Source: Sandaracinaceae bacterium (GTDB lineage: Bacteria; Myxococcota_A; Polyangia; Polyangiales; Houyiibacteriaceae). From it: a DNA stretch of 64,000 nucleotides. Positions within the stretch are counted from its first letter, which is position 1. Each line of letters starts with the position of its first letter. The stretch lies in assembly GCA_020633075.1 (NCBI GenBank), contig JACKEI010000003.1, positions 525,472 to 589,471 on the forward strand, given 5' to 3'. A program made the translations under genes and the position numbers. Below, one piece after another: positions 19,289 through 29,006 of this stretch. The notes under the pieces were generated by a model. The model ran no database searches, had not been told where the DNA came from, and saw nothing but the letters and a program-made list of their open reading frames with translations.

Positions 19289-21276
19289 CGCAGACCCCCC
19301 TCGACGCCCTCGCGGTGAACACCATTCGCGGCCTCTCCATGGACGCCGTGCAGGCCGCCAACTCGGGTCACCCCGGGACGCCCATGGCGCTCGCGGCGCT
19401 GGGCTGGGCGGTCTTCACCAAGCTGCGCAAGCACGACCCGGCCTCGCCGGAGTGGGCCGACCGCGACCGCTTCATCCTCTCCTGCGGCCACGCGTCCATG
19501 CTGCAGTACTCGCTGCTGCACCTCACGGGCTACGACCTCTCGCTGGACGACATCAAGCAGTTCCGTCAGTGGCACAGCAAGACCCCGGGTCACCCGGAGC
19601 TGCACGACACGCCGGGCGTGGAGGTCACCACCGGTCCCCTCGGACAGGGCATCGCCAACGCGGTCGGCATGGCCATGGCGGAGCAGTTCCTCGCGGCGCG
19701 CTTCAACCGCCCGGGGCACACCCTCTTCGATCACAAGGTGTGGGTCATCGCGTCGGACGGAGACCTGATGGAGGGCGTCTCGGCCGAGGCCGCGTCCATG
19801 GCCGGGCACCTGAAGCTCGGCAAGATCATCGCGTACTGGGATGACAACAGCATCACCATCGACGGCCGCACCGACATCTCGTTCACCGAGGACGTGCTGG
19901 CGCGCTACCGCGCCTACGGCTGGCACACGGAGAGCGTGGACGACGGCGAGGACATCGACGCCATCTTGGCCGCGTCGCGCAAGGCGGAGGCGGACCCGCG
20001 CCCCAGCCTGATCCGCGTGAAGACCATCATCGGTTTCCCTGCGCCCACCAAGAAGGACTCCCCCGCCGCTCACGGTGCGCCTCTCGGAGCCGCCGAGATC
20101 AAGGCCACCAAAGAGATCATGGGCTGGCCCGACGCGCCCTTTCACGTGCCGGCCGAGCTGGGCGCAGCGCGTGAGGCCTCGCTCGCGGCGGGCGCGAAGA
20201 GCAAGGCCGCCTGGGACGCGCAGCTCGCGGCGTACCGCACCGCCTTCCCGGAGCTGGCGGCCGAGCTCGACGTCGCGCTCGCGCAGGGGCTGCCCGCTGG
20301 CTGGGACGCGAACCTGCCCGTCTTCCCGCCCAGCGAGAAGGGCGTGGCCTCGCGCAAGGCCAGCCAGCAGGTGTTGAACGCGCTGGCCAAGAACATCCCA
20401 CACCTCGTGGGCGGCTCGGCGGACCTCGCCGGCAGCAACGGCTCGGAGCTCGCGGGGCTGCCCTTCTACGGGCGCGTCGGCGAGGGCGAGGTGCCCCGCA
20501 ACATCAACTTCGGGGTGCGCGAGCACGCCATGGGCTCGGCCATGAACGGCATGGCGCTGCACGGCGGCGTCATCCCCTTCGGCGCCACCTTCCTCATCTT
20601 CGGCGATTACATGCGCCCCACCATGCGCCTGGCCGCGCTGATGAAGCTGCGCACGCGCTACATCTTCACGCACGACAGTATCGGCCTCGGCGAGGACGGC
20701 CCCACCCACCAGCCGGTGGAGCAGCTGTCCACCATGCGCGCCATCCCGGGCTTCGCCACCTTCCGCCCCGGCGACGCAAACGAGACGCGCGAGTGCTGGA
20801 AGGCCGCGCTCGAGTGGGACGGCCCGGCCGCGCTGGTGCTCACCCGCCAGGACATCCCCACCATGGACCGCGACGTCAGCGGCGCCGCCCGCGGCGGCTA
20901 CGTCCTGAGCGAGGCGGCGGGCGGCGACCCGCAGGTGGTCATCATCTCGTCCGGCAGCGAGGTGCTGCTGGCGCTCGAGGCCCAGGCCACGCTGGCCGGG
21001 AAGGGCGTGCGCGCCCGCGTGGTGAGCCTGCCCTGCTGGGAGCTCTTCCAGGCCCAAGACCAGGACTACCAAGACAGCGTCATGCTGCCCAACCTCAGCG
21101 CGCGCGTGGCCATCGAGGCCGGCAGCGGCTTCGGCTGGGAGCGCTACCTGGGCATGCGTGGCCGCTTCGTGGGCATGAAGGGCTTCGGGGCCTCGGCGCC
21201 TGCGGAGCTGCTCTACGAGAAGTTCGGCATCACCGCGGCCGCGGTGGTCGAAGCGGCCGAGGCCCAGCTGGGCTGA
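19285..21276 (+). CDS. tkt: Transketolase
   Basis: 663 aa with SGHPGTPM, GPLGQGI and GEDGPTHQP motifs. GTG start. Confidence 0.95.
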   Translation: MTQTPLDALAVNTIRGLSMDAVQAANSGHPGTPMALAALGWAVFTKLRKHDPASPEWADRDRFILSCGHASMLQYSLLHLTGYDLSLDDIKQFRQWHSKTPGHPELHDTPGVEVTTGPLGQGIANAVGMAMAEQFLAARFNRPGHTLFDHKVWVIASDGDLMEGVSAEAASMAGHLKLGKIIAYWDDNSITIDGRTDISFTEDVLARYRAYGWHTESVDDGEDIDAILAASRKAEADPRPSLIRVKTIIGFPAPTKKDSPAAHGAPLGAAEIKATKEIMGWPDAPFHVPAELGAAREASLAAGAKSKAAWDAQLAAYRTAFPELAAELDVALAQGLPAGWDANLPVFPPSEKGVASRKASQQVLNALAKNIPHLVGGSADLAGSNGSELAGLPFYGRVGEGEVPRNINFGVREHAMGSAMNGMALHGGVIPFGATFLIFGDYMRPTMRLAALMKLRTRYIFTHDSIGLGEDGPTHQPVEQLSTMRAIPGFATFRPGDANETRECWKAALEWDGPAALVLTRQDIPTMDRDVSGAARGGYVLSEAAGGDPQVVIISSGSEVLLALEAQATLAGKGVRARVVSLPCWELFQAQDQDYQDSVMLPNLSARVAIEAGSGFGWERYLGMRGRFVGMKGFGASAPAELLYEKFGITAAAVVEAAEAQLG

Positions 21277-21496
21277 GCGGTGCCGCCGGTTCCCGGCGTG
21301 TCGGGTGGGGCGCGACTCCATCGCCCTCACCGTCCAGGCGACGCGCCCCGGCACCGAGGACTCCTTCCGCACCATCTGGCGCGTGCTGCTGCCCTCTTCC
21401 GTGCCACCTCGCGGGGGACGCTTCCGGACGCGTCCGCCTGACGCGAGACAGCGTCCGCGCGACTTTCGGGCGCTGCCGGTCCACAACTGCGCGCAC

Positions 21497-22771
21497 ATGT
21501 CCTTTTCTGCACTCGGCCTCTCCCCTGCGCTCCAGCGTGCGGTCGCGGCGCTCGGCTTCGACGAGCCGACGCCAGTCCAGCGCGAGGCGTTCGCGCCCGT
21601 CCTCGCAGGGAGGGACGTCTGGGCCTCCGCCGAGACTGGCTCGGGCAAGACCGCGGCCTTCGCGCTGCCTCTCCTGCAGCGCCTCTCCGCGCAGGCCCCG
21701 CAGTCACCCGAGGGTGCGCGCGGCCGCGCCACCAAGCTGGTCGTGCTCGGGCCCACGCGCGAGCTCGCGTTGCAGACGGCTGACGTGATCACCAGCCTCG
21801 CGCGCCACTTGGAGCGCGCTCCCAAGACCGTGGCGGCGGTGGGGGGCATGTCCATCGAGCCACAGCGAATGGCGCTACGCGGCGGCGCGGAGATCGTGGT
21901 GGCCACCCCGGGGCGTCTGCTCGAGCTGGTGCGCACGGGCTCGCTGGCCGTGGACCAGGTGGACGCGCTGGTGCTCGACGAGGCGGACCGTCTCCTCTCG
22001 GCAGGCTTCGCGGACGAGCTGGTGGCGGTGATGGGGCTCATGCCTCCGGTGCACCAGAGCGTGCTGGTGTCCGCGACCATGCCCACGGCGGTGCGCGACC
22101 TCGCGCGCGCCTTCCTCGTCAACCCCGTCGCCATCAACGTGGACGGGGGAGCGCTGCCCAGCGAGGGGCTCATCACCCAGCGCGCCATCGAGGTGGACAA
22201 GATGCAGCGCACGCCGCTGCTGCGGCACCTGCTGTCGAGCCTGGACGAGCCGCGGGTGTTGGTGTTCGTAGCGAGCCGACGCGGAGCGGAGCACGTGGCG
22301 GCCAAGCTGCAGAAGACCGGTGAGCGCGCCGCCGCGCTGCACGGCGAGCTCACGCAGACCGCGCGCAACCAGGCGCTCGCGGCGCTGCGCACGGGCGAGA
22401 CGCGGGTCTTGGTCGCCACGGATCTGGCGGCGCGCGGCGTCGACATCGAGGGCCTCGGCCTGGTGGTGCACTACGACCTGCCACGCGGCGCGGTGGACTA
22501 CCTCCACCGTGTGGGCCGTACGGGTCGCGCGGGCGCGCACGGCGCGGCCATCAGCTTCGTCACCGCCGAAGGCTCGGCCCACTTCGACGTGCTGGCGAAG
22601 AAGCATGGGCTCGCGCTCACGCGTGAGCAGGTGCCGGGCTTCGAGCCCCGTGACGCGCCCGTGTCGCCGCGCGACCCACACGGCGGGGTGAAGGGGCGAC
22701 GCAAGAGCAAGAAGGACAAGGCCCGAGAAGCGGCTGCGCGGTTGCAGACCGACGCGGACCAGGACGGCTGA
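21497..22771 (+). CDS. DEAD-box ATP-dependent RNA helicase (RhlE-like) with a basic C-terminal tail
   Basis: Q-motif region, AETGSGKT, DEAD (VLDEADRLL), SAT, HRVGRTGRAG. Start at ATG 21497 (MSFSALGLSP) inside track ORF 21305..22771. Confidence 0.9.
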   Translation: MSFSALGLSPALQRAVAALGFDEPTPVQREAFAPVLAGRDVWASAETGSGKTAAFALPLLQRLSAQAPQSPEGARGRATKLVVLGPTRELALQTADVITSLARHLERAPKTVAAVGGMSIEPQRMALRGGAEIVVATPGRLLELVRTGSLAVDQVDALVLDEADRLLSAGFADELVAVMGLMPPVHQSVLVSATMPTAVRDLARAFLVNPVAINVDGGALPSEGLITQRAIEVDKMQRTPLLRHLLSSLDEPRVLVFVASRRGAEHVAAKLQKTGERAAALHGELTQTARNQALAALRTGETRVLVATDLAARGVDIEGLGLVVHYDLPRGAVDYLHRVGRTGRAGAHGAAISFVTAEGSAHFDVLAKKHGLALTREQVPGFEPRDAPVSPRDPHGGVKGRRKSKKDKAREAAARLQTDADQDG

Positions 22772-22786
22772 GGCCCCGGCGGCGAC

Positions 22787-23665
22787 ATGGACAACCTACG
22801 CGGGATCCTCTTGATGGTGGCGTCGATGGCGGGCTTCGCCCTCGAAGACATGTTCATCAAGCGCCTCTCTGGACAGCTGCCCCTCGGCCAGGTCCTGCTC
22901 ATGTTGAGCGTCTTCGGTACGCCCGTCTTCGCCCTCGTCGCGCGCCGCAACGGTGTGCGCCTCTGGTCCCGCGACCTGCTGCACGGCGCCGTCGTCGCCC
23001 GGAATCTGGGCGAGGTGGTGGGTACGCTCGGCTTCGTGACGGCCATCACGCTCACCCCACTGACGAGCGCGACGGCCATCTTCCAAGCCACGCCCCTGTT
23101 CGTGACCGTGGGCGCTGCCACCGTGCTCCGCGAGGAGATCGGCTGGCGCAGCTGGGCGGCCATGGCCTTCGGCCTGCTCGGCGTGCTCATCGTCATCCGA
23201 CCTGGCCTGTCGGCGTTCGAGCCAGCCTCTCTCTGGGCCGTGCTCGCCGTGCTGGGCTTGTCCGTGCGGGACGTCGCGACGCGGCGCGTGCCGGCCAGCA
23301 TCTCCAGCATGCACCTGGCGCTCTACGGGTTCGTGGCGGTCGGACTGCTCGGCGCCGGGGCCCTCGCGTTGAGCGGTGGCGCTGTGCTCCCCACCGCGCT
23401 CCAAGGGGGCATCTTGGCGGGCGCCCTGTTCTCCGGGATCGGCTCCTACTGGGCCATCACGGAGGCCATGCGGGTCGGCGAGGTCTCCGTGGTCACGCCT
23501 TTCCGCTACTCACGTCTGCTCTTCGCGCTGGTCATCGGCACCCTGGTCTTCCATGAGCGCCCCGACGTCGCGACCCTGTCCGGTGCGGCGCTCATCATCT
23601 GCTCTGGCCTCTATACGCTGAACCGTGAGCGCACCAAGAGGCGCCACTCGAGAGTGACACCATGA
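22787..23665 (+). CDS. DMT-superfamily (EamA-like) transporter
   Basis: 292 aa with ~10 TM helices and two EamA-like halves. Confidence 0.85.
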   Translation: MDNLRGILLMVASMAGFALEDMFIKRLSGQLPLGQVLLMLSVFGTPVFALVARRNGVRLWSRDLLHGAVVARNLGEVVGTLGFVTAITLTPLTSATAIFQATPLFVTVGAATVLREEIGWRSWAAMAFGLLGVLIVIRPGLSAFEPASLWAVLAVLGLSVRDVATRRVPASISSMHLALYGFVAVGLLGAGALALSGGAVLPTALQGGILAGALFSGIGSYWAITEAMRVGEVSVVTPFRYSRLLFALVIGTLVFHERPDVATLSGAALIICSGLYTLNRERTKRRHSRVTP

Positions 23666-23922
23666 CCGAATGGATTGGCTTCGCCGCAGCCTTCTGCACC
23701 ACCGCCGCGTTCGTTCCTCAGGTCCTGCTGGTCTGGCGAACGCGCCGCACGCACGACCTCTCGCTGGGGATGTTCTCACTCATGACGACGGGTGTCGCTC
23801 TGTGGCTCGCCTACGGGCTGTTGCTGGACAGCGCGCCCATCTATGTGGCCAACGGGGTGACCCTCGTCTTCGCGGGCTACATCTTGTTCATGAAGCTGAC
23901 CGAGGGCTCGCGTCCTCTCTGA
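23662..23922 (+). CDS. SemiSWEET / PQ-loop family transporter
   Basis: 86 aa with three TM helices and a PQ motif in TM1 (AAFVPQVLLVW). Start overlaps the upstream stop (ATGA). Confidence 0.75.
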   Translation: MTEWIGFAAAFCTTAAFVPQVLLVWRTRRTHDLSLGMFSLMTTGVALWLAYGLLLDSAPIYVANGVTLVFAGYILFMKLTEGSRPL

Positions 23923-23995
23923 CGGCGCCCCGCGCGAGAGCCGTGCGCCGTCGCTCCTCGCGCTGTGGCACCATGGAGCCAGCCCGGAGGTCTGG

Positions 23996-26437
23996 TTGCT
24001 CAAGTCAGTTCGTGTCCCAGAAGCGTTCGCGCCGGTGTTCGAGAAGGCGCAGGAGTACGTACAGCGCTACTTCGAGTCGCTCCGCTTCGAGCCCGAGCAA
24101 GGGACCATCGGCGTGGAGGACGAGCGCTACGTCCTCATTCGCGCGAGCGCGCTCTCGGTCGAGTTCTTCGACGTGGTGCGAGGGCTCTACGGGGAGGAGG
24201 GGGACCAAGGCACGCGGGTCGCGCGTGAGCTGCTCTTCGACGTCGCGCACGCGATGGGCATGACCGACGCGCGCGTGTTCGCGGAGAAGCTGGGCGTCAC
24301 CGACCCGATCGAAGGGCTGTCCGCGGGGCCCATCCACTTCGCTCACGCTGGCTGGGCGTTCGTCGACATCCACGCGGACAGCAAGCCACGGCTGGACGAG
24401 CACTACGTCCTCTACTTCGACCACCCGTACTCCATGGAAGCGGACGGCTGGATCGCCGCCGGTCGTCGCGCGGACTTCCCCGCGTGTGTGATGAACGCGG
24501 GCTACTCCTCCGGCTGGTGTGAGTCCAGCTTCGGGATGCCGCTGGTCTCCACCGAGATCACGTGCCGTGCGCGGGGTGATGCGCAGTGCCGCTTCATCAT
24601 GGCGCCACCACACCGCATCGAGGGCCACATCCGCGAGTACGTGGCCAGCCACCCGGGCGTCGTGGCCGACGCGAACGCCGTCGAGGTCCCGAGCTTCTTC
24701 CACCGCAAGGCGACGTCCGAGCGGCTGCAGGCTCGCGCCGACCGCCTGAGCGCGGAGAACGCAGAGCTGGAGCGGCGCGTGGCGGAGCGCACCGAGGCGC
24801 TGCTGCGGGCCAACCAGGCGCTGGCGCGCGAGCTGAGTGAGCGTCGGGAGGCGGAGGTGGCCCTGCGCAGCTCGCAGGCGCTCGGCCAGCGCATCATCGA
24901 GGCCGTGCCGAGCGGCATCGTGCATGTGGGCGCCGACGGCGGGATCCACGCCGCGAACGCCGAGGCCCAGGAGATCCTCGGCCTCACCTATGACGAGCTG
25001 ACGCAGCGGTACACCACGGACTTCGCGCGCGAGACCGTTTGGGAGTCCGGGGAGCCCGCGCTCCCAGAGGACTACCCCGTCAGCCGGGCGCTGGCGACGG
25101 GGGAGCCGCAGGGGCCCACCACCCTGGGGGTGAAGCGGCGCGACGGGACGACATCGTGGGCCATCTTCCGCGCGGTGCCCGTGCACGACCCCGACACGCG
25201 GTCGGTCAGCGGCGCCATCGTGACCTTTGTCGACATCACCCAGCGCAAGGCCGACGAGGAGGAGCGGCGGCGCCTCGAAGACCTGTCCCAGCGCTCCCAG
25301 AAGCTCGAGAGCCTCGGCTTGCTCGCGGGGGGGATCGCGCATGACTTCAACAACCTCCTCGTGGGCGTCCTGGGCAACGCGTCTTGGCTCGCGCGTGGGG
25401 CGGTCGAAGGCTCGCGCGAGGCCGAGGCCATCCAGCGGATCATCACGGCGGGGCGTCGCGCGGCGGATCTCACGAAGCAGATGCTCGCGTACTCGGGGCG
25501 CGCGCGGGTCGAGGCCGTCTTGGTGAACGTTCGAGACATCGTCGGGGACATGCGGGATCTGTTGGGGTCGTTGCTCCCACCTGGCGTGCGCGTCGAATAC
25601 GCCGTCGGTGACGAGGCGCTCCCGGTGAACGGTGATCCCGCGCAGCTGGGTCAGGTGCTCATGAACCTCATCACCAACGCCGCCGAGGCCGCGCACGAGC
25701 AGCGTCCGGGGGCGGGTCTCGTGCGCGTGGAGGCGTGCCGCGTGGCGCTCGACGAGGCTGAGCTCCAAGCGATGTACGAGCACGAGCGGGCGGCGGCCGG
25801 ACGCTTCGTGTGCATCACGGTCTCCGACGATGGCGTCGGGCTCGACGCCAACACACTCCAACACGTCTTCGACCCGTTCTTCACCACGAAGGAGCACGGA
25901 CACGGCCTCGGCCTGGCGGCGGTGCTCGGCATCATCCGCGGGCATCGCGGGGCGCTCGACATCGTCTCCGAGGTGGGCGCCGGGTCTGTGTTCCGTGTCT
26001 ACCTGCCGGCCTCCGAATTCGCCGCTGCCGTAGCGTCCGTCGTGGAGCCCGCGACGCCATCGCAGCGGCCCGCTACCGGTCTCTTCCTCGTGGTCGATGA
26101 CGAGCCAATCGTGCGCACTCTCGCCGCGACCACGCTGGAGCAGCTCGGCTTCGAGGTGCTCGGCGCACGCGACGGGGCCGAGGGCGTGGACGCGTTTCAC
26201 CGTCACGAGGGTGCCATCCGTGGCGTGCTGCTGGACCTGACCATGCCGGTCATGGACGGCTTCGAGGTCATGCGCGCGATCCGCGCGTCGAGACCGTCGC
26301 TGCCCATCGTGCTCTGCTCCGGGTACGACCGGCACGAGGTGATCGCGCGGCTCCCACCGGACGAGCACTACGTGTTCCTGCCCAAGCCCTTCACCGTAGA
26401 GCAGCTGGAACAGGCCGTGCGCGCACTGCTCGGTTGA
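23996..26437 (+). CDS. Cytoplasmic hybrid sensor histidine kinase/response regulator with an N-terminal V4R-like ligand-binding domain
   Basis: V4R/XylR-N-like GYSSGWCESSFGMPLVSTEITCRARGDAQCRFIM, coiled coil, PAS, HisKA (GGIAHDFNNLL), HATPase (NLITNA...DDGVG...GHGLGL), REC (LLDLTMPVMDG). No TM helix. TTG start. Confidence 0.85.
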   Translation: MLKSVRVPEAFAPVFEKAQEYVQRYFESLRFEPEQGTIGVEDERYVLIRASALSVEFFDVVRGLYGEEGDQGTRVARELLFDVAHAMGMTDARVFAEKLGVTDPIEGLSAGPIHFAHAGWAFVDIHADSKPRLDEHYVLYFDHPYSMEADGWIAAGRRADFPACVMNAGYSSGWCESSFGMPLVSTEITCRARGDAQCRFIMAPPHRIEGHIREYVASHPGVVADANAVEVPSFFHRKATSERLQARADRLSAENAELERRVAERTEALLRANQALARELSERREAEVALRSSQALGQRIIEAVPSGIVHVGADGGIHAANAEAQEILGLTYDELTQRYTTDFARETVWESGEPALPEDYPVSRALATGEPQGPTTLGVKRRDGTTSWAIFRAVPVHDPDTRSVSGAIVTFVDITQRKADEEERRRLEDLSQRSQKLESLGLLAGGIAHDFNNLLVGVLGNASWLARGAVEGSREAEAIQRIITAGRRAADLTKQMLAYSGRARVEAVLVNVRDIVGDMRDLLGSLLPPGVRVEYAVGDEALPVNGDPAQLGQVLMNLITNAAEAAHEQRPGAGLVRVEACRVALDEAELQAMYEHERAAAGRFVCITVSDDGVGLDANTLQHVFDPFFTTKEHGHGLGLAAVLGIIRGHRGALDIVSEVGAGSVFRVYLPASEFAAAVASVVEPATPSQRPATGLFLVVDDEPIVRTLAATTLEQLGFEVLGARDGAEGVDAFHRHEGAIRGVLLDLTMPVMDGFEVMRAIRASRPSLPIVLCSGYDRHEVIARLPPDEHYVFLPKPFTVEQLEQAVRALLG

Positions 26438-26474
26438 CGTGCTTCGGCGGCGGTGGCGTACTGCGCGGAGCCTC

Positions 26475-27215
26475 ATGTCGAACGCCATCCAGCTTGCGGC
26501 CTCCGACCGCGTCTTCGTCCTCACGGGAGCCGGCATCAGCGCCGAGAGCGGCATCGCGACCTTCCGCGACGCAGGCGGGCTCTGGGAGGGTCACCGGCCC
26601 GAGGACGTGGCGTCGCCGCAGGCTTGGGCGCGTGACCCCGCGCTCGTGTGGCGCTTCTACAGCGAGCGCCGCGCCAGCGCCGCGAGCGCGCTGCCGAACG
26701 CCGGACACGTGGCGCTCGCCGACCTTCAGGAAGCGCTGGGCGTCGACAGCGTGTTCCTGTGTACGCAGAACGTGGACTCACTCCACGAGCAGGCGGGCTC
26801 GCCGCAGGTGTTCCACATGCACGGCGAGCTGTACAAGACGCGCTGCGAGCGACCCGCCTGCACCCTCGCGCCCTTCGAGGACCGTGAGCTGTACTTCGGT
26901 GAGCTGCCGCGCTGCCCCGAGTGCGGGGCCCGTCTGCGCCCACACATCGTGTGGTTCGGCGAAGAGCCGTTCGGGATGCGCCGCATCACGCGTGAGGTGC
27001 AGGCCTGTGATCTCTTTGTGACCGTGGGCAGCAGCGGCGTGGTCTACCCCGCCGCCGGGTTGGTTCGCGAGATCCTCTACCGGCGGCAACAGGGAGAGTC
27101 GTGTCGGTCTCTCTACGTAGGGCTGGAGGCGCCCGCCAACGCCGGTGGCTTCCAAGACGTCCGGCTGGGCAAGGCGGGCGAGGTGCTGCCCGGCCTGTTC
27201 ACCGTCACGCGTTGA
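26475..27215 (+). CDS. cobB: NAD-dependent protein deacylase (Sir2/CobB family)
   Basis: GAGISAESGIATFRD, QNVDSLH, HGELYKTRC and a Zn-ribbon cysteine set (C..C...CPEC). Start at ATG 26475. Confidence 0.9.
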   Translation: MSNAIQLAASDRVFVLTGAGISAESGIATFRDAGGLWEGHRPEDVASPQAWARDPALVWRFYSERRASAASALPNAGHVALADLQEALGVDSVFLCTQNVDSLHEQAGSPQVFHMHGELYKTRCERPACTLAPFEDRELYFGELPRCPECGARLRPHIVWFGEEPFGMRRITREVQACDLFVTVGSSGVVYPAAGLVREILYRRQQGESCRSLYVGLEAPANAGGFQDVRLGKAGEVLPGLFTVTR

Positions 27216-27269
27216 GGTGCCGCCGCGCGCCCCAGCGCTCGCGGCAGCGGTTGCTCTGCCGTGGGCCGG

Positions 27270-27662
27270 CTACTGGCAGGCGCTCGGGACGGTGACACCT
27301 TCCAGCGACGCGAGTCCCTCGCGCCAGCTCTGGATCGCCGCTTGGCATACCGCGTCGCCCGCCGCCCCCGAGGACGCGGCCTGACGAACGGCTGCGCATG
27401 TGGCTTGCACGTTCATGTTTGCCGAGGCCGTGGGCGCGGCCGCCACCATGGCCTCCACATAGGCCGTGCAGCACTCCGCAGCCCGAGCGCAGATGGCGCC
27501 CCCTGCTTCCGTGGGGGTCGGCGCCGCCGCCGGATGGGTGCCTTCCGGCTCCTCCGCTGCCGGAGCGGCCGGAGCTGTCGCCGCCGGCTCCTCCGCTTCG
27601 GAGCCACAGCCGAGACTCGCGATGAGCGCGCTAGCCAGGATGAGTTTGGAAATCGTCTTCAT
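27270..27662 (-). CDS. Hypothetical small Cys-rich lipoprotein
   Basis: MKTISKLILASALIASLGCGS lipoprotein signal, Pro/Ala/Glu linker, Cys-containing helical domain. AAGGGAGA upstream of ATG 27662. Confidence 0.55.
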   Translation of the reverse strand: MKTISKLILASALIASLGCGSEAEEPAATAPAAPAAEEPEGTHPAAAPTPTEAGGAICARAAECCTAYVEAMVAAAPTASANMNVQATCAAVRQAASSGAAGDAVCQAAIQSWREGLASLEGVTVPSACQ

Positions 27663-27799
27663 GGTCGGTCTCCCTTGCCCGCGCATCGCCACTTGGCCGG
27701 TGCGAGGGGCTGACCAGCAGATCACGGTTTGCGGCGTGGACGCAAGGCCCATGTGGGTGAAGGGGTTGCGCCGAGAGCCGCTCGCGCGGACCATGCCGC

Positions 27800-28978
27800 A
27801 TGCTTGAGATCCACGAGCGCGCCCAGCTGGACGAGCTGCTGGCCACCACACGGAGCCTCGACGACGTCGTGCTCTCCGGGCTGGACCTGCGGCCCTATCG
27901 TGTGGCCCTCAGAGAGGTGAGCCTGCGAGGCGCTGTCCTCCTGGGCTGCCAGCTGGAACCGGCCGACCTGGTCGACATGGTCGAGCGGGGCGTGCTGGTG
28001 TTTCCGCGGCTCCCGGAGGGTCTCCCCTTCGAGCCCTGGCGTACGCGCCTCTACGCCGTCGACGAGCTCTTCGACGTGTTCGACGCGAGCGACCCGTGCA
28101 CCTACTGCGACTGCGTGGACGCCCGCATCTACCGACACTTCCGGGAGCACGGTGGCGCAGCGGAGCCGCCGTTACTCGAGGCGCTGGCGCGCCGCCTGCA
28201 CGATCACGGTGTGTCGGAGGCGCTCGAGGCGCTGCTCGTCGAGCATCCCAAGGTGGTGGCCTTCATGGGCGGGCACGGCATGCTCCGCGGAGACGCGTCG
28301 TATGTGTCCGTCGCACACCTGGCGGCGCGCCTGGCCGAGCGCGGCTACCTCGTCGCGACGGGGGGTGGCCCGGGTGCCATGGAGGCCGCCAACCTCGGGG
28401 CTCGCTTCGCGGGCGCTCCCACCGCGGTCGACGACGCGTTGGACGTCCTGCGTGCCGCACCCAGCTACCGCGACGAGCGCTGGCTGGCGGCGGCGTTCGT
28501 CGTGCGCGCCCGCCATGCGGAGCGCCTTCGGGACGTAGAGCGCGTGAGTCTCGGGGTGCCGACCTTCTTCTACGGGCACGAGCCTCCCAACGCCTTCGCC
28601 TCCCATCACGCCAAGTACTTCGCCAACAGCACGCGCGAGGAAGGGCTGGTCAGCTTGGCCACACACGGCATCGTGTTCGCGCCCGGCAGCGGCGGGACGG
28701 TCCAGGAGATCTTCCAGGACGCCTGCCAGAACCACTACGGCACCGTGCGTGGGCTGGTGTCCCCCATGGTGCTGTTCGGGGTGGACTACTGGACTCACAC
28801 ACTCCCTGCGGTGCCGCTGCTGCGCGCGCTCTCGGAGGGCGGCGGCTGGAGCGACCGGGTCCTCGTCAGCGATGACCCAGACGAGATCATCGCGTTCGTC
28901 GAGCAGCACGGACCGCGCGCCGCAAGACGCGGCGACTGGTCGTTCTGCGGGTCCTTCTGCGGCACCAACGAGGCCTGA
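27800..28978 (+). CDS. LOG/PpnN-like (TIGR00730-type Rossmann) nucleotide-nucleosidase family protein with an extra N-terminal module
   Basis: LOG-family motifs GGGPGAMEA and PGSGGTVQE in the C-terminal ~250 aa. The N-terminal ~140 aa is unassigned (pentapeptide-like VVLSGLDLRP...LRGAVLLGCQLEPADL). Confidence 0.7.
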   Translation: MLEIHERAQLDELLATTRSLDDVVLSGLDLRPYRVALREVSLRGAVLLGCQLEPADLVDMVERGVLVFPRLPEGLPFEPWRTRLYAVDELFDVFDASDPCTYCDCVDARIYRHFREHGGAAEPPLLEALARRLHDHGVSEALEALLVEHPKVVAFMGGHGMLRGDASYVSVAHLAARLAERGYLVATGGGPGAMEAANLGARFAGAPTAVDDALDVLRAAPSYRDERWLAAAFVVRARHAERLRDVERVSLGVPTFFYGHEPPNAFASHHAKYFANSTREEGLVSLATHGIVFAPGSGGTVQEIFQDACQNHYGTVRGLVSPMVLFGVDYWTHTLPAVPLLRALSEGGGWSDRVLVSDDPDEIIAFVEQHGPRAARRGDWSFCGSFCGTNEA

Positions 28979-29006
28979 GGCGACGTCGGCCTGCACATGT
29001 CTCCGG

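Noticed and set aside
26475-27215. The Sir2 protein as a defence-type NADase effector.
   Set aside because: It has the full canonical CobB/sirtuin motif set and Zn-ribbon at normal size (246 aa). There is no fused or adjacent sensor, HerA or pAgo-type partner.
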